The notes under the pieces: model-generated
Told to the model about the DNA's origin: nothing
Database searches by the model: none
Seen by the model: only the letters and a program-made list of their open reading frames with translations
Shown here: positions 1 through 10,624 of the stretch, in pieces
Layout: every line of letters starts with the position of its first letter
Position numbering within the stretch: position 1 is the stretch's first letter
NCBI GenBank assembly: GCA_021735685.1
Contig: JAIPGN010000001.1
Coordinates: 15,994 to 79,993 of the forward strand
DNA length: 64,000 bases
Direction of reading: 5' to 3'
Origin: Patescibacteria group bacterium
GTDB taxonomy: Bacteria > Patescibacteriota > Patescibacteriia > UBA2591 > UBA6264
Translations under genes and position numbers: made by a program

Positions 1-5
1 AATCA

Positions 6-590
6 TTATATTTTTAAAAATTCTTTAACTTTTTCAATTATTTGCTTTTTTAATTCTTCTAAACTTATCTGATTATTTTCAATAATCAAATCGTAAATAC
101 TTTTGTCGTTTAAATCAATTTGATACAACTTTTCATACCTTTGAGCATCTCTCTCGTCCCTATTTTTAACTTTCTGAGCAGCCTCTGATGAAGTTAATTC
201 ATCTCTAGAAGCGACTCTCTCTTCACGAATTTTTTGCTCAGCTTCTACAAAAATTTTGCAATCTGCCCACTGACCAGCTACCCAGGCAGAAAGTCTTCCC
301 ACTACTACACATTCTCCTTTCTGGACATAATCTAAAGTCATCTTGTCAATTTGATAATCAATTTCTGCTGGCAAAGAATTTGAGACTTGATCTAAAGGCA
401 AATTCTTTTCCTGAGCATATTCTCGAAAAAGATCGCCAGCGTTAATTAAACGTAAATTAAAAAATCTAGCTATTTCTTTAGCTACAGTACTTTTTCCACT
501 TCCAGCCAAACCAGAAACCGTAATAGTTAATCCCTTTTTTTTCGATGACAAATTTTCGTCTTCAGCCAAAAGCTTAAGATAAGTCTTCAT
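6..590 (-). CDS. cmk: cytidylate kinase, archaeal-type (Cytidylate_kin2 family)
   Basis: ORF track 194 aa. P-loop GLAGSGKST near the N-terminus, and the overall motif pattern (…GDLFR…, VVVGRL…, …RDERD…YDLII) matches short archaeal-type CMP kinases. Confidence 0.55.
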   Translation of the reverse strand: MKTYLKLLAEDENLSSKKKGLTITVSGLAGSGKSTVAKEIARFFNLRLINAGDLFREYAQEKNLPLDQVSNSLPAEIDYQIDKMTLDYVQKGECVVVGRLSAWVAGQWADCKIFVEAEQKIREERVASRDELTSSEAAQKVKNRDERDAQRYEKLYQIDLNDKSIYDLIIENNQISLEELKKQIIEKVKEFLKI

Positions 591-594
591 CTTT

Positions 595-1344
595 TCAATT
601 TTTAATTAAACTCAAAAAATTTTTTAATTCTAGGGGCCAATCACTCTCAAAATTCAAAGACCTTCTCTCTTGATCTAAAAAACTTAAATAAAAAGCGTGT
701 AAAAAAATTCTCTTAATTTCCTCTTGAAGTTCTGCATCTAAAAAGCTTTTTTGGAAATATTTCTTATCTCCCACAATAGGGAAGCCCCAAGTTTTCAAGT
801 GCAATCTAATTTGGTTTGTGCGTCCAGTTAAAATTTGTAATTCCAAAAGAGTAAAATTATTAATCTTTTGAACAATTCGATACTTAGTAATCGCTGTTTT
901 AATATTTTTATAACCAGAAATAACAGAATTTTTTTCTTCTGAGGAAAAAGCAACCAGCTTTCCCTTACGATTTCGACCAATTGAAAAATTAATAGTACCT
1001 GAAGAAAAAGGAACATTTCCCAGAACCAAGGCTAAATATTTTTTCTGGACTTGACGAGCCTGAAATTGCTCAACCAAATAATGATAATAACTAATATTCT
1101 TAGCCACTACCATTAAACCAGAAACATCTCGATCTAAGCGGTGAACCAACCCTGGACGAAAAGATTCGCCCACTCCTCTAATCTCTGGATATTTTTCTAA
1201 AAGCCAATCCACCAGAGTTGCCTCCTTTTGGTGAACATGGGGGTGAACAGTCAGGCCCGCTGGTTTTTCTAAAACCAAAAAACCTTTCTCTTCATAAATT
1301 ATATTTATTTTTCGGCAAATGTCAATCTTTGCGCCAAGAGGCAT
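595..1344 (-). CDS. RluA-family RNA pseudouridine synthase
   Basis: 249 aa with the catalytic motif HRLDRDVSGLMVVAKN (HRLDxxTSG-type) and conserved RluA-family blocks. Confidence 0.7.
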   Translation of the reverse strand: MPLGAKIDICRKINIIYEEKGFLVLEKPAGLTVHPHVHQKEATLVDWLLEKYPEIRGVGESFRPGLVHRLDRDVSGLMVVAKNISYYHYLVEQFQARQVQKKYLALVLGNVPFSSGTINFSIGRNRKGKLVAFSSEEKNSVISGYKNIKTAITKYRIVQKINNFTLLELQILTGRTNQIRLHLKTWGFPIVGDKKYFQKSFLDAELQEEIKRIFLHAFYLSFLDQERRSLNFESDWPLELKNFLSLIKN

Positions 1345-2890
1345 AAACTTTTTTTAAAAATTCAAAAACATCTTTTTTACTCTTCAGCTTACCATTTAAT
1401 TGTTCTTCTCTTACTAAACTTAATAACTTCCCTATTTGCGGGCCGGGAGAAAGATTGAATTCTTTTATTAATTCGTGACCATTGACTAAAGGGGCGGGTA
1501 ATTTTTGTTCATTTTTTTTCTGATATTTTTTGGCTCGCAAGGAATTAATCCGATCCAACATTTTATAAAAATCAGTAAAATTTGGTTGACCAGAAGGAGG
1601 AACTGTGGCTGAAATATCTAGAAAGGATAATTTTAACAAATCTAAACCTGGTTTCTGTGGATTAAAAAAGTACTTTTCTATAGTAGAAGCCTTCATGTCT
1701 TCAATGCGTCCTTGAGAAAAAAGCATATGGTGATCAATAAGCCAAACCACGTTATCTATATTAATTCCTAATTTCGGCGGACTAGATAATTTCAAGCGCT
1801 GACAAATTTTTTCGGCCATTTCTCCACCGCGCACATCATGTTCGTTAAAACGAAGACGGTCAACATGGTCTTGAGCTGGGGTCTGAATAGTATAGGGTTT
1901 TCCTATATCATGAAAAATAACAGATAAAATTAATTGTAAAGAAAATTTTCGTGTTTTAAATTCTCGAAAAAAAGAAGGGGAATATAAATTTTTTAAAGCT
2001 AAACGAGTGTGAACCCAAACGTCTCCTTCAGAATGCCAATTCTGAGGTTGAGGACAGCCCTTCATTTTTAATATCTCAGGCATTAATTTTTGAAAAGCTC
2101 CACTTTGATCATAAAGATCAAAAGCTCTTAAGGGATGAGCCAAAAAAGCGGATAAAAATTCTTTAGCAATTACTTCATAAGGAACAGTTTGCCTTTTTGA
2201 AGTAAAAAGACAAGGAATATTCTTTTTAATCGCTTGCCAAGTTTCTCTTTCTATTTTCCACTTTGGATTAACCTTGTTACAACTTAACTGACAAACAAAT
2301 CTAATTCCTCGCAAAAGACGAGAATAATCTTCGGCAAATCTTTTCTCAGGTTGACCCACGCTTTTAATAACTTTGGCTTTTAGATCTTTCTGTCCCTGAT
2401 AAGGATCAATTAGAATAAATTTTTTTAAAATTCCAAAATTTAATTCTACGGCCATGCTATTTACCGTAAAATCACGACGACTTAAATCTTCTTCAATTGG
2501 CAATTGAGAGTCGTATTGAGCTTCCACATCTCGATAACCTCCAGTTTCAAAACTAAAATCTTGACGAGGAAGAGCGAAATCGATCTCTGAAAAAAAAGCT
2601 TGCTTAAAAGGAGTAAATTTAAGAACACCAAAGTTTTGTCCCACTAAATTAACTTTTCCGTGCAAAGATAAAAAATTTTCTAACTGCTTTAAAGAAAGAT
2701 TACGTACCACAAAATCATAATCTTGTGTGGGAACAGATAAAAAAAGATCTCGCACTGCTCCTCCTACTAAATAAATTTGAGCAGAAGGATATTCTTTTTT
2801 TAATTTTCTTAAAAAAAAGAAACTTTTTTTTCTAAACAAAAGTTTCAATTTAAAAAAAAGAAAAAATTTATTTTTAAAAAACGGAAACAT
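1322..2890 (-). CDS. cca: CCA-adding tRNA nucleotidyltransferase (Pol-beta head + HD domain)
   Basis: 522 aa. Nucleotidyltransferase motif LVGGAVRDLFL, and a C-terminal HD motif (FHDIGKP). Confidence 0.7.
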   Translation of the reverse strand: MFPFFKNKFFLFFKLKLLFRKKSFFFLRKLKKEYPSAQIYLVGGAVRDLFLSVPTQDYDFVVRNLSLKQLENFLSLHGKVNLVGQNFGVLKFTPFKQAFFSEIDFALPRQDFSFETGGYRDVEAQYDSQLPIEEDLSRRDFTVNSMAVELNFGILKKFILIDPYQGQKDLKAKVIKSVGQPEKRFAEDYSRLLRGIRFVCQLSCNKVNPKWKIERETWQAIKKNIPCLFTSKRQTVPYEVIAKEFLSAFLAHPLRAFDLYDQSGAFQKLMPEILKMKGCPQPQNWHSEGDVWVHTRLALKNLYSPSFFREFKTRKFSLQLILSVIFHDIGKPYTIQTPAQDHVDRLRFNEHDVRGGEMAEKICQRLKLSSPPKLGINIDNVVWLIDHHMLFSQGRIEDMKASTIEKYFFNPQKPGLDLLKLSFLDISATVPPSGQPNFTDFYKMLDRINSLRAKKYQKKNEQKLPAPLVNGHELIKEFNLSPGPQIGKLLSLVREEQLNGKLKSKKDVFEFLKKVYASWRKD

Positions 2891-2952
2891 CTAAAAATTT
2901 TAATTATTTAATTGGGGTCAGACCTTAAACTTACCCTTTCTTTTACTAAGAG

Positions 2953-3024
2953 TGGGCCCGGAAGGAATTGAACCTTCGACCTCTTCGATGTCAACGAAGC
3001 GTTCTACCACTGAACCACGAGCCC
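2953..3024 (-). tRNA. tRNA-Val (anticodon GAC)
   Basis: Reverse complement folds as a cloverleaf: acceptor GGGCTCG/CGGGCCC, D-arm TGGTTCAGTGGTAGAACG, anticodon stem CTTCG/CGAAG with loop TTGACAT, T-arm GGTTCAATTCC. CCA is not encoded. Confidence 0.8.
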
Positions 3025-3066
3025 TCAAGAAATAAAATTTTTTCTTAGTTAAACCAAAACCCAAAA

Positions 3067-3103
3067 ATGTCAACGAAGCGTTCTACCACTGAACCACGAG
3101 CCC
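3067..3103 (-). pseudogene. truncated copy of the tRNA-Val 5' half (nt 1-37/38), located 42 nt upstream of the intact gene
   Basis: 37 nt (atgtcaac...cacgagccc) identical to the 5' half of the adjacent tRNA-Val. Identity stops at the 3' side of the anticodon loop. Confidence 0.7.
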
Positions 3104-3232
3104 ACATCATTAAAATCTAAAGCCTAAATTCTAAACCTAAATAAGCCAAGATATCAATTAACCGCATTCTGGAATGGTTTAATGACGTACTTAAATAAAT
3201 GATTCTACTTGAACTTATTTTATCAAAAAATT

Positions 3233-3751
3233 TTAAATTTTGCCAGTGTTCACTGGTGTTTGATGCTCAAAAACAGCTAATTGATTAAATCCCATCTGAA
3301 ATTTTTTAAATTTTTTAACAACAAAACCTGTTTTTTCCGCCAAATCATAGATTTCTTTTTTGCTCCAATAATGTTTGTGTTCGGCAATATTTTTCTTATC
3401 CACAATGCCAAGAAATGCCCAAAATTCTAAAACAGGTTTTGCTATTTTGGTAGGCGTTGTCAAAAAGATTCTTCCATTTTTATTCAATATTTTCTTAAAT
3501 TTGCGAAATATTTTAAACACTTCTTTAGTTTCTATATGCTCTATTGTCGCCAAACTTACGATTGTATCAAAAAAGGCATTCTCCGTAATAAAACGACTAT
3601 GATTGACAAAAAAATATTTGCCGATGACTAATTTTTCTAATTCTCCTTTGTTTCCACCAAAATCTAAAACCTTGCCAACAAGATATGGCCTGGCCATCCT
3701 AAAACGATAATTTTGTAAAAATTTTTCTAAAAACATTGAGCTGTCAATCAT
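3233..3751 (-). CDS. class I SAM-dependent methyltransferase
   Basis: 172 aa. Glycine-rich SAM motif VLDFGGNKG and Methyltransf_11/23-like downstream blocks (…RIFLTTP…). Confidence 0.55.
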   Translation of the reverse strand: MIDSSMFLEKFLQNYRFRMARPYLVGKVLDFGGNKGELEKLVIGKYFFVNHSRFITENAFFDTIVSLATIEHIETKEVFKIFRKFKKILNKNGRIFLTTPTKIAKPVLEFWAFLGIVDKKNIAEHKHYWSKKEIYDLAEKTGFVVKKFKKFQMGFNQLAVFEHQTPVNTGKI

Positions 3752-3817
3752 GTAATCATTTTAAAAATTGACAATTTGCATAATTTATAATTTTTTCGAT
3801 AAAGTTTTAACCTCACC

Positions 3818-4390
3818 CTATTTAATAAAATTTTTCCACATTTGACTTGCCCGTGGCTTTGTGTCGCCAACATATTTACTTCCTATTTCTCTTGAATACG
3901 GCTTTTGGCACTCTGATGACAACTCTTCAAAGGCCATTTGCGCGATTGGCATTTTATAATAAAGCAAAATAGGCATATTTGCTGTGTTATGAAGCTCAAG
4001 CGTCATTTTTAGAGAATTGCCTGGATCAAGAAAGCCAGCAGTAACATGAATGAGCATGCCCATTCGGCCCACCGAACTTTTCCCCTCTAATCTACCAACA
4101 TATCTTGAAGAAACGCCAGTTATTTCATAAATTAACCCAAGAGCAAATTCTCCAGGGTGAAGCACAAATGGTTGCTTATTATCAATCATAAATTCCTTCA
4201 TCATGCCGTCCATGGGCTTTTTGGGATCAATGACATAGTTTGATTTAGTGTCAAAAATCAAAAAATGTTTATCCAAGTGTAAATCTACTGACGCTGGCTG
4301 TAAATATCTTTCGTCAAAAGGTTCTATGGTTATGTCACCGCGATTAATCGCTTCTTTAATATTTTTATCAGATAAAATCATAAAAATCAA
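3818..4390 (-). CDS. dcd: dCTP deaminase
   Basis: 190 aa. dUTPase/dCTP deaminase fold motifs (SVDLHL…, …GRLEGKSSVGRMG…, …AGFLDPG…). Confidence 0.8.
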   Translation of the reverse strand: MIFMILSDKNIKEAINRGDITIEPFDERYLQPASVDLHLDKHFLIFDTKSNYVIDPKKPMDGMMKEFMIDNKQPFVLHPGEFALGLIYEITGVSSRYVGRLEGKSSVGRMGMLIHVTAGFLDPGNSLKMTLELHNTANMPILLYYKMPIAQMAFEELSSECQKPYSREIGSKYVGDTKPRASQMWKNFIK

Positions 4391-4647
4391 AAATTTAAGA
4401 ATTGTTTCTGAGGGCTCGCTCCAACCCCTTATATTTTACCATTAATTTCGTTTTCTAATCTTTTAAAAAAATTTAAGAAAAAATTGAAATATAGTGAAAC
4501 TTCCATTAAGCTCCGATGTCATACAAAATTAAGATATAAGCTATCAATAAAACTAAAAATATCAATCTACTGATTTAAGTTTACCATGTTTTCTTAAAAA
4601 TATACAAAAATAAAGTTAAGAAATTACAGCATTAAAACTAAAAAACA

Positions 4648-4692
4648 TATTAAAAAGACCTGTTCGTGCGGAATAGGCCTTTAATAAATATA
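4648..4692 (-). terminator. putative Rho-independent terminator downstream of tRNA-Ile
   Basis: On the minus strand, directly after the tRNA 3' end: an imperfect hairpin (GGCCUAUUC…GAACAGGUC) followed by a UUUUUAAU run. Confidence 0.3.
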
Positions 4693-4694
4693 AA

Positions 4695-4769
4695 TGGTGG
4701 GCGTGGAAGGAGTCGAACCTTCGACCTCTTCTTTATCAGAGAAGCGTTCTACCGCTGAACCACACGCCC
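4695..4769 (-). tRNA. tRNA-Ile (anticodon GAT), CCA encoded
   Basis: Reverse complement: acceptor GGGCGTG/CACGCCC, anticodon stem CTTCT/AGAAG with loop CTGATAA, T-arm GGTTCGACTCC, then an encoded CCA. It sits directly downstream of the 16S rRNA, as in rRNA operons. Confidence 0.85.
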
Positions 4770-4809
4770 AAAAATTCGTTTAAAATTTGAAAGATAAAAA
4801 AATATTAAA

Positions 4810-4883
4810 ATCAGAGAAGCGTTCCCTGTCTATCGGTTTATCTGCCGAAGGCAGACAGGCAGGTACCGCTGAACCACACGCCC
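4810..4883 (-). pseudogene. truncated copy of the tRNA-Ile 5' half with a 39-nt hairpin insertion in the D-loop, 40 nt upstream of the intact gene
   Basis: Matches tRNA-Ile nt 1 to about 36 (GGGCGTGTGGTTCAGCGGTA…GAACGCTTCTCTGAT). It is interrupted by cctgcctgtctgccttcggcagataaaccgatagacagg, which contains the inverted repeat cctgtctgcc/ggcagacagg. Confidence 0.7.
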
Positions 4884-5084
4884 ATATCATTAAATTCTAA
4901 ATTCTAAAATCTAAAAGCACTAATCAAAATTATAACAAAAAAGAAAATAATTTCAATGCTTCTAACAAAAATAACCGGTTAAAACCGGTTATTTGCTCTA
5001 TAAATGAAAGACTTAGCAAAGACAGAGAAGTCGGCCATAGTTCTTATTCCTTGAGAATAAGAACTTATAATTTTTCCTCTAAAT

Positions 5085-6603
<1,519 letters not shown>

Positions 6604-6921
6604 AAAATAGAAAAATTTCTTTCAGTCAAAAAAGTTAAATAAATAACACCTTTGACCATTCAGTTAGATCACTGAATGCCCGGTCAAATGACCAAGTAAA
6701 GTTAAATTTTCTAAAAGATATTTGACCATAACTCTCTTTTAAAATAAAAGAATTTTATGGTTTTTTGATCATTAATAGATCAATTCTCTGTCTTCGCTGA
6801 ACCTTTCATTTATTTTTATTTAATTGTAAAGAACAAAAAAGCATTTTAACATGCTAACAAAACAATAATCTAACAAAAATTTATTTTTTATTCAAGTGTT
6901 CAAAAATCAAATTTTTAATTA

Positions 6922-7632
6922 TTATCTTGTTAGCTTGTTAAACCGTTCTTGCTTCCATTTGGCTATCTCTTGATGATTGCCGGATAACAAAACTTTAGGA
7001 ACTTTCAACTTTTTTAGTTTAGCAGATTTACTTTTATATGTAAAGACCTCCGGACGAGTATACTGGGGATATTCTAAACAGTTCTTAGAAAGACTAAAAC
7101 TTTCTTCTTTTAAAGAATCCTCATTAATCACTTTCGGCACTAATCTCGTAATAGAGTCAACCATTACCATGGCTGGTAGTTCTCCTCCAGTCAAAACATA
7201 ATCCCCAATAGAAATTTTTTCATCAACTAATTTATCTACCCGAGCATCAACTCCCTCGTAACGACCACAAACCAAAACAATTCTCTCGTAATTACTTAAA
7301 TCTTTAGCCATTTTTTGATCAAACTTTTTTCCTTGAGGGGAAAGAAGAAGAACTTTCTCCTTTTTTATGCTTTTTGAGTCTAGAAATTTTAAAGCACGAT
7401 AAATTGGCCCCACCTTGAGAATCATCCCCGGGCCACCACCATAAGGAGTATCATCAACTGTTTTATGTTTATCTGTAGCCCAATCTCTTAAGTCGTGAAT
7501 ATTGATGGAGATAAGTTTTTTTTCTTGAGCCTTCTTTAAAATAGAGGTTTGGAAATAATGACCAAAAATATGAGGAAAAATTGTAATAATGTCAAATTGC
7601 ATTATTTTACTTTTAAGCCGATTAAAACACAA
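6922..7632 (-). CDS. trmD: tRNA (guanine37-N1)-methyltransferase
   Basis: 236 aa with the typical TrmD N-terminus MQFDIITIFP and the …DDTPYGGGPGM… block. The true start is probably the internal Met (MQFDII). Confidence 0.85.
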   Translation of the reverse strand: MCFNRLKSKIMQFDIITIFPHIFGHYFQTSILKKAQEKKLISINIHDLRDWATDKHKTVDDTPYGGGPGMILKVGPIYRALKFLDSKSIKKEKVLLLSPQGKKFDQKMAKDLSNYERIVLVCGRYEGVDARVDKLVDEKISIGDYVLTGGELPAMVMVDSITRLVPKVINEDSLKEESFSLSKNCLEYPQYTRPEVFTYKSKSAKLKKLKVPKVLLSGNHQEIAKWKQERFNKLTR

Positions 7633-7685
7633 AAGTTATCACTCGAAAATGATAACTTTCCGTGTTCCTTTTATTGGAAAAATCT

Positions 7686-8024
7686 TTATAGCTTCAAATC
7701 ATCGTCAGCGCCGTCATCCGTTACTTTCTTCTCTTCGGCCGAAGCTTCTTTACGAGGAGCTCGAGTAGATCCCTCAGGCTCTTCAATCTTGAGATTGACA
7801 CGGGCATTATTACGTAAACCCACAATTCTCAAAAGACTTCTGATGGCCCGAGCAGTTGAACCTTGACGACCAATAACCTGTCCCATGTCCTCAGCATTAA
7901 GTTTTAAAGAGAGCAATACTCCCATTTCATCAACATTTCTATCGATCTTAACGTCTTCAGGATGGGAAACAAGTGCCTTAACAATGTTCTCTAAAAATTC
8001 TTGGTCTTGATATTTTTCTGCCAT
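7686..8024 (-). CDS. KH-domain RNA-binding protein (YlqC/UPF0109 family)
   Basis: 112 aa. KH GxxG motif (VIGRQGSTARAIR). It has the conserved position between rpsP and trmD. Confidence 0.7.
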   Translation of the reverse strand: MAEKYQDQEFLENIVKALVSHPEDVKIDRNVDEMGVLLSLKLNAEDMGQVIGRQGSTARAIRSLLRIVGLRNNARVNLKIEEPEGSTRAPRKEASAEEKKVTDDGADDDLKL

Positions 8025-8162
8025 ATTAGTTTTAGATTACTTGCTTCTAATTCTAAATATACGAACTAATAAATACTCAAACCTGCGACCTTTTAATGAA
8101 AAACTTTCTTTTTGCTAGGCTGGTATTTTGTGTTATTAATCCTAACAAGAATCAAAATTATG

Positions 8163-8588
8163 TCAAGCTTTTTTTTCTTCAACCTTTTCTTCGGTTTTTT
8201 CTTCCGAAGATTCAACTTTCTCTTCTTTCTCTTCTTGCCCTTCTTCTTTCTTTAAGCTCTCCTTTTTTTCTTCTTGATCCTTAGAAGCCTTAGCCTCTTC
8301 TTGTTTCTTTTGAAATTTTTTCTGATTTACCTTGGTCACTTTTACCTTTTCCCCTTCCATAATTCCTTCTGAAATCAAAAGATTGCGCACTGAGCCAGTA
8401 GGCTGAGCGCCTTGAGATAACCAATATTTAATCCTTTCCTTTTTCAAAACAGTTTCTTTGCTCAAGGGATTACGAAAACCCAAATCCTCTAAAAAATTTC
8501 CTCGAGGATCTTTGGCTTTTTCTAAAACAATAATTCGATAAAATGGCTGTTTTTTTCTTCCTTTGCGGCTAAATTTAATAGTCAACAT
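8163..8588 (-). CDS. rpsP: 30S ribosomal protein bS16 with a long K/E-rich C-terminal extension
   Basis: The N-terminal 80 aa are typical S16 (MLTIKFSRKGRKKQPFYRIIV…). The C-terminal about 60 aa is a low-complexity K/E tail. Confidence 0.85.
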   Translation of the reverse strand: MLTIKFSRKGRKKQPFYRIIVLEKAKDPRGNFLEDLGFRNPLSKETVLKKERIKYWLSQGAQPTGSVRNLLISEGIMEGEKVKVTKVNQKKFQKKQEEAKASKDQEEKKESLKKEEGQEEKEEKVESSEEKTEEKVEEKKA

Positions 8589-8630
8589 AGATAATTTAAG
8601 TTATTAATAATTTTTTATTTAATAAATTTT

Positions 8631-9701
8631 TTATAATTCCATAATCGAGTTTTCTCCAATAATCATTTTATGACCGTGGGGCAAAGTCTTATGAACTGGT
8701 GTAATTTGAGCATTACGCCCTAGAATGCTATCAACAATTCTCACTTCTGCCCTAATGTCAACATAATCAAAAATAATAGAATTTTCAATTTCAGCATGAT
8801 AAATTTCAGCATTGTCGCCAATAGAAGTGTAGGGACCAACATAAGAATTGCCAATAACGCAATTCTCGCCAATAATTACCGGCCCCCTAATTAAAGTATT
8901 TTCTAAAATTTTAGTATTTTTGCCAATAATGACGTTACCCTGTATTCCCGCTGAAGATGGAATAATAGACTCATCAAAAGAACGAGAAATACGAGAAAGC
9001 ATTAATTGACTAGCCTCCAATAAGTCTTCTGGCTTGCCCGTGTCTTTCCACCAACCGGTTATTTCGTTATAACCGACCTGATAACCTTGACTGATTAAGT
9101 AAGTATGAGCATCAGAAATCTCTAATTCGCCTCGACTACTAGGTTTTATTTTCTTCACCGCTTCAAAAATATGATGATCGTAGAAATAAATCCCCGTAAC
9201 CGCAAAATTGCTTTTGGGATGAGAAGGCTTTTCTTCAACTTTTACAATTTTCCCATCTTTAATTACTGGCACTCCAAAACGTTGAGGGTCACGCACTTGA
9301 GAAAGGGCTAATAAACAATTATCATTTCCTTTTTTAAATTGGCGAACAAAATCTTTAAGCTCTCCTAAAATAATATTGTCTCCTAAATAAAATAAAAAAG
9401 GTTCTTTGTTAATAAAAGATTCGCTGATTTTAATCACGTGCCCTAAACCAAGGGCCCCGCCGATTTGTTCAATGTAAGTAATTTTTGCCTTCCATTTTTT
9501 TCCATCCCCCAATACTCGAGATAATTCTTTGTCTCCTGGATTAATCACAATTCCAATTTCTTTAATACCGGCATTAACAATCTTTTCTATAGCATAAACA
9601 AGCATCGGTTTATTGGCAATGGGAATAAGATGCTTGTTAAGTGCATTTGTAATTGGCCTTAAACGTGTGCCATGCCCTCCCGCTGTAAGCAAAGCTTTCA
9701 T
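8631..9701 (-). CDS. rmlA: glucose-1-phosphate thymidylyltransferase-like sugar nucleotidyltransferase (long form with left-handed beta-helix)
   Basis: 356 aa. N-terminal GGxGTRLxPxT motif (AGGHGTRLRPIT). The C-terminal hexapeptide-repeat region is typical of long-form RmlA. Confidence 0.6.
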   Translation of the reverse strand: MKALLTAGGHGTRLRPITNALNKHLIPIANKPMLVYAIEKIVNAGIKEIGIVINPGDKELSRVLGDGKKWKAKITYIEQIGGALGLGHVIKISESFINKEPFLFYLGDNIILGELKDFVRQFKKGNDNCLLALSQVRDPQRFGVPVIKDGKIVKVEEKPSHPKSNFAVTGIYFYDHHIFEAVKKIKPSSRGELEISDAHTYLISQGYQVGYNEITGWWKDTGKPEDLLEASQLMLSRISRSFDESIIPSSAGIQGNVIIGKNTKILENTLIRGPVIIGENCVIGNSYVGPYTSIGDNAEIYHAEIENSIIFDYVDIRAEVRIVDSILGRNAQITPVHKTLPHGHKMIIGENSIMEL

Positions 9702-9721
9702 TTCATTTTAAAGTTATTATT

Positions 9722-10624
9722 TTAAAAAGCACTGTGAAAATAATCTTTTAGTGCTTCTTGCCAAGTACGAGGCAAGGGAAGTTTAGTATTTTTCAAAATA
9801 GAAAAAGCAGGGCGAGGGGCAGGGCGAGGAAATTCTCGAGAAGAGCAGGGACGCACTTTAATGTTCTTTTTTTCTAAAATGCCATTTTTCTGAGCTTGAC
9901 AAATAATTTCTTGAGCAAAACTATACCAAGTTACCTCTTCTTGATTAGTGAAATGATAAATTCCTGCTTCAAATTTTTTTTCTAAAATTTCTTTAGTAAT
10001 CCCAGCTAAGTCCAAGCTATAAGTCGGTGAACCATGCTGATCGTCAACCACCTTTAGAGATGTCCTTTCTTGAGCTAATCGCAGAATAGTATTAACAAAA
10101 TTTTTCTTAAGAATTTTCACAGAAGGTCCAAAAAGCCAAGCGGTTCTGATAATATAATATTTTTCTAAATTAGAATTGATAATATTTTTCTCTCCTAAAG
10201 CCTTGCTTTGACCATAAACGCTTAAAGGATCTGGCTCTTCTTCTTCTAAATAACCTTCTTCTTTCTTTCCCGAAAAAACATAATCCGTGCTGTAATGAAC
10301 CAAAACAGAGTCTAAATTATAACATATTTCTGCCAGATAATTAAGGGCTTCTCCATTAATCATTTTCGCTTTTTCGGTCTCTTTTTCGGCTCGATCAACA
10401 TCAGTGTAAGCAGCGGCATTAATAACAATATCTGGAGAAATAAGCTCCAACTTATTTTGCAAATCTTCTTTAACCGTGATATCCGCTTCCTCCTTCCCCC
10501 AGGTTATTATATTCTCTTGAGCAAAAACTTTTTGCAGGTCAGAGCCAAGCATACCCTTGGCTCCCAAGATTAAAATTTTAGGAGGCCCTGAATGATTATT
10601 TTTTTGACTTCCTTTGAATTTCAT
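9722..10624 (-). CDS. rmlD: dTDP-4-dehydrorhamnose reductase
   Basis: 300 aa Rossmann-fold protein with ILILGAKGMLGSDL, RmlD-like Y…K catalytic residues and the typical length. Confidence 0.7.
   Translation of the reverse strand: MKFKGSQKNNHSGPPKILILGAKGMLGSDLQKVFAQENIITWGKEEADITVKEDLQNKLELISPDIVINAAAYTDVDRAEKETEKAKMINGEALNYLAEICYNLDSVLVHYSTDYVFSGKKEEGYLEEEEPDPLSVYGQSKALGEKNIINSNLEKYYIIRTAWLFGPSVKILKKNFVNTILRLAQERTSLKVVDDQHGSPTYSLDLAGITKEILEKKFEAGIYHFTNQEEVTWYSFAQEIICQAQKNGILEKKNIKVRPCSSREFPRPAPRPAFSILKNTKLPLPRTWQEALKDYFHSAF

Noticed and set aside
828-1016. Many small ORFs (60-110 aa) overlapping larger genes on the same or opposite strand
   Set aside because: They lie within conserved coding genes, have low-complexity or unusual composition and no motifs. 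Treated as spurious antisense or alternate-frame ORFs. Examples are 828-1016, 3375-3602, 4248-4445, 6977-7201, 7549-7866, 8096-8284, 11089-11394, 11611-11820, 13041-13229, 15663-16088, 16262-17018, 17592-17846, 20570-20755, 21661-21852, 22236-22436, 22635-22949, 24706-24912, 30616-30858, 32443-32784, 33418-33606, 34582-34896, 38082-38303, 39882-40097, 40826-41053, 42114-42347, 43019-43264, 48571-48759, 49733-49960, 49921-50121, 51588-51782, 53261-53476, 56858-57227 and 59030-63480.
2953-3103. Interpretation of the tRNA-Val/Ile loci as split or intron-containing tRNA genes
   Set aside because: The downstream copy is complete and contiguous in each case, so no splicing is needed. The upstream piece is best treated as a duplicated fragment or scar.
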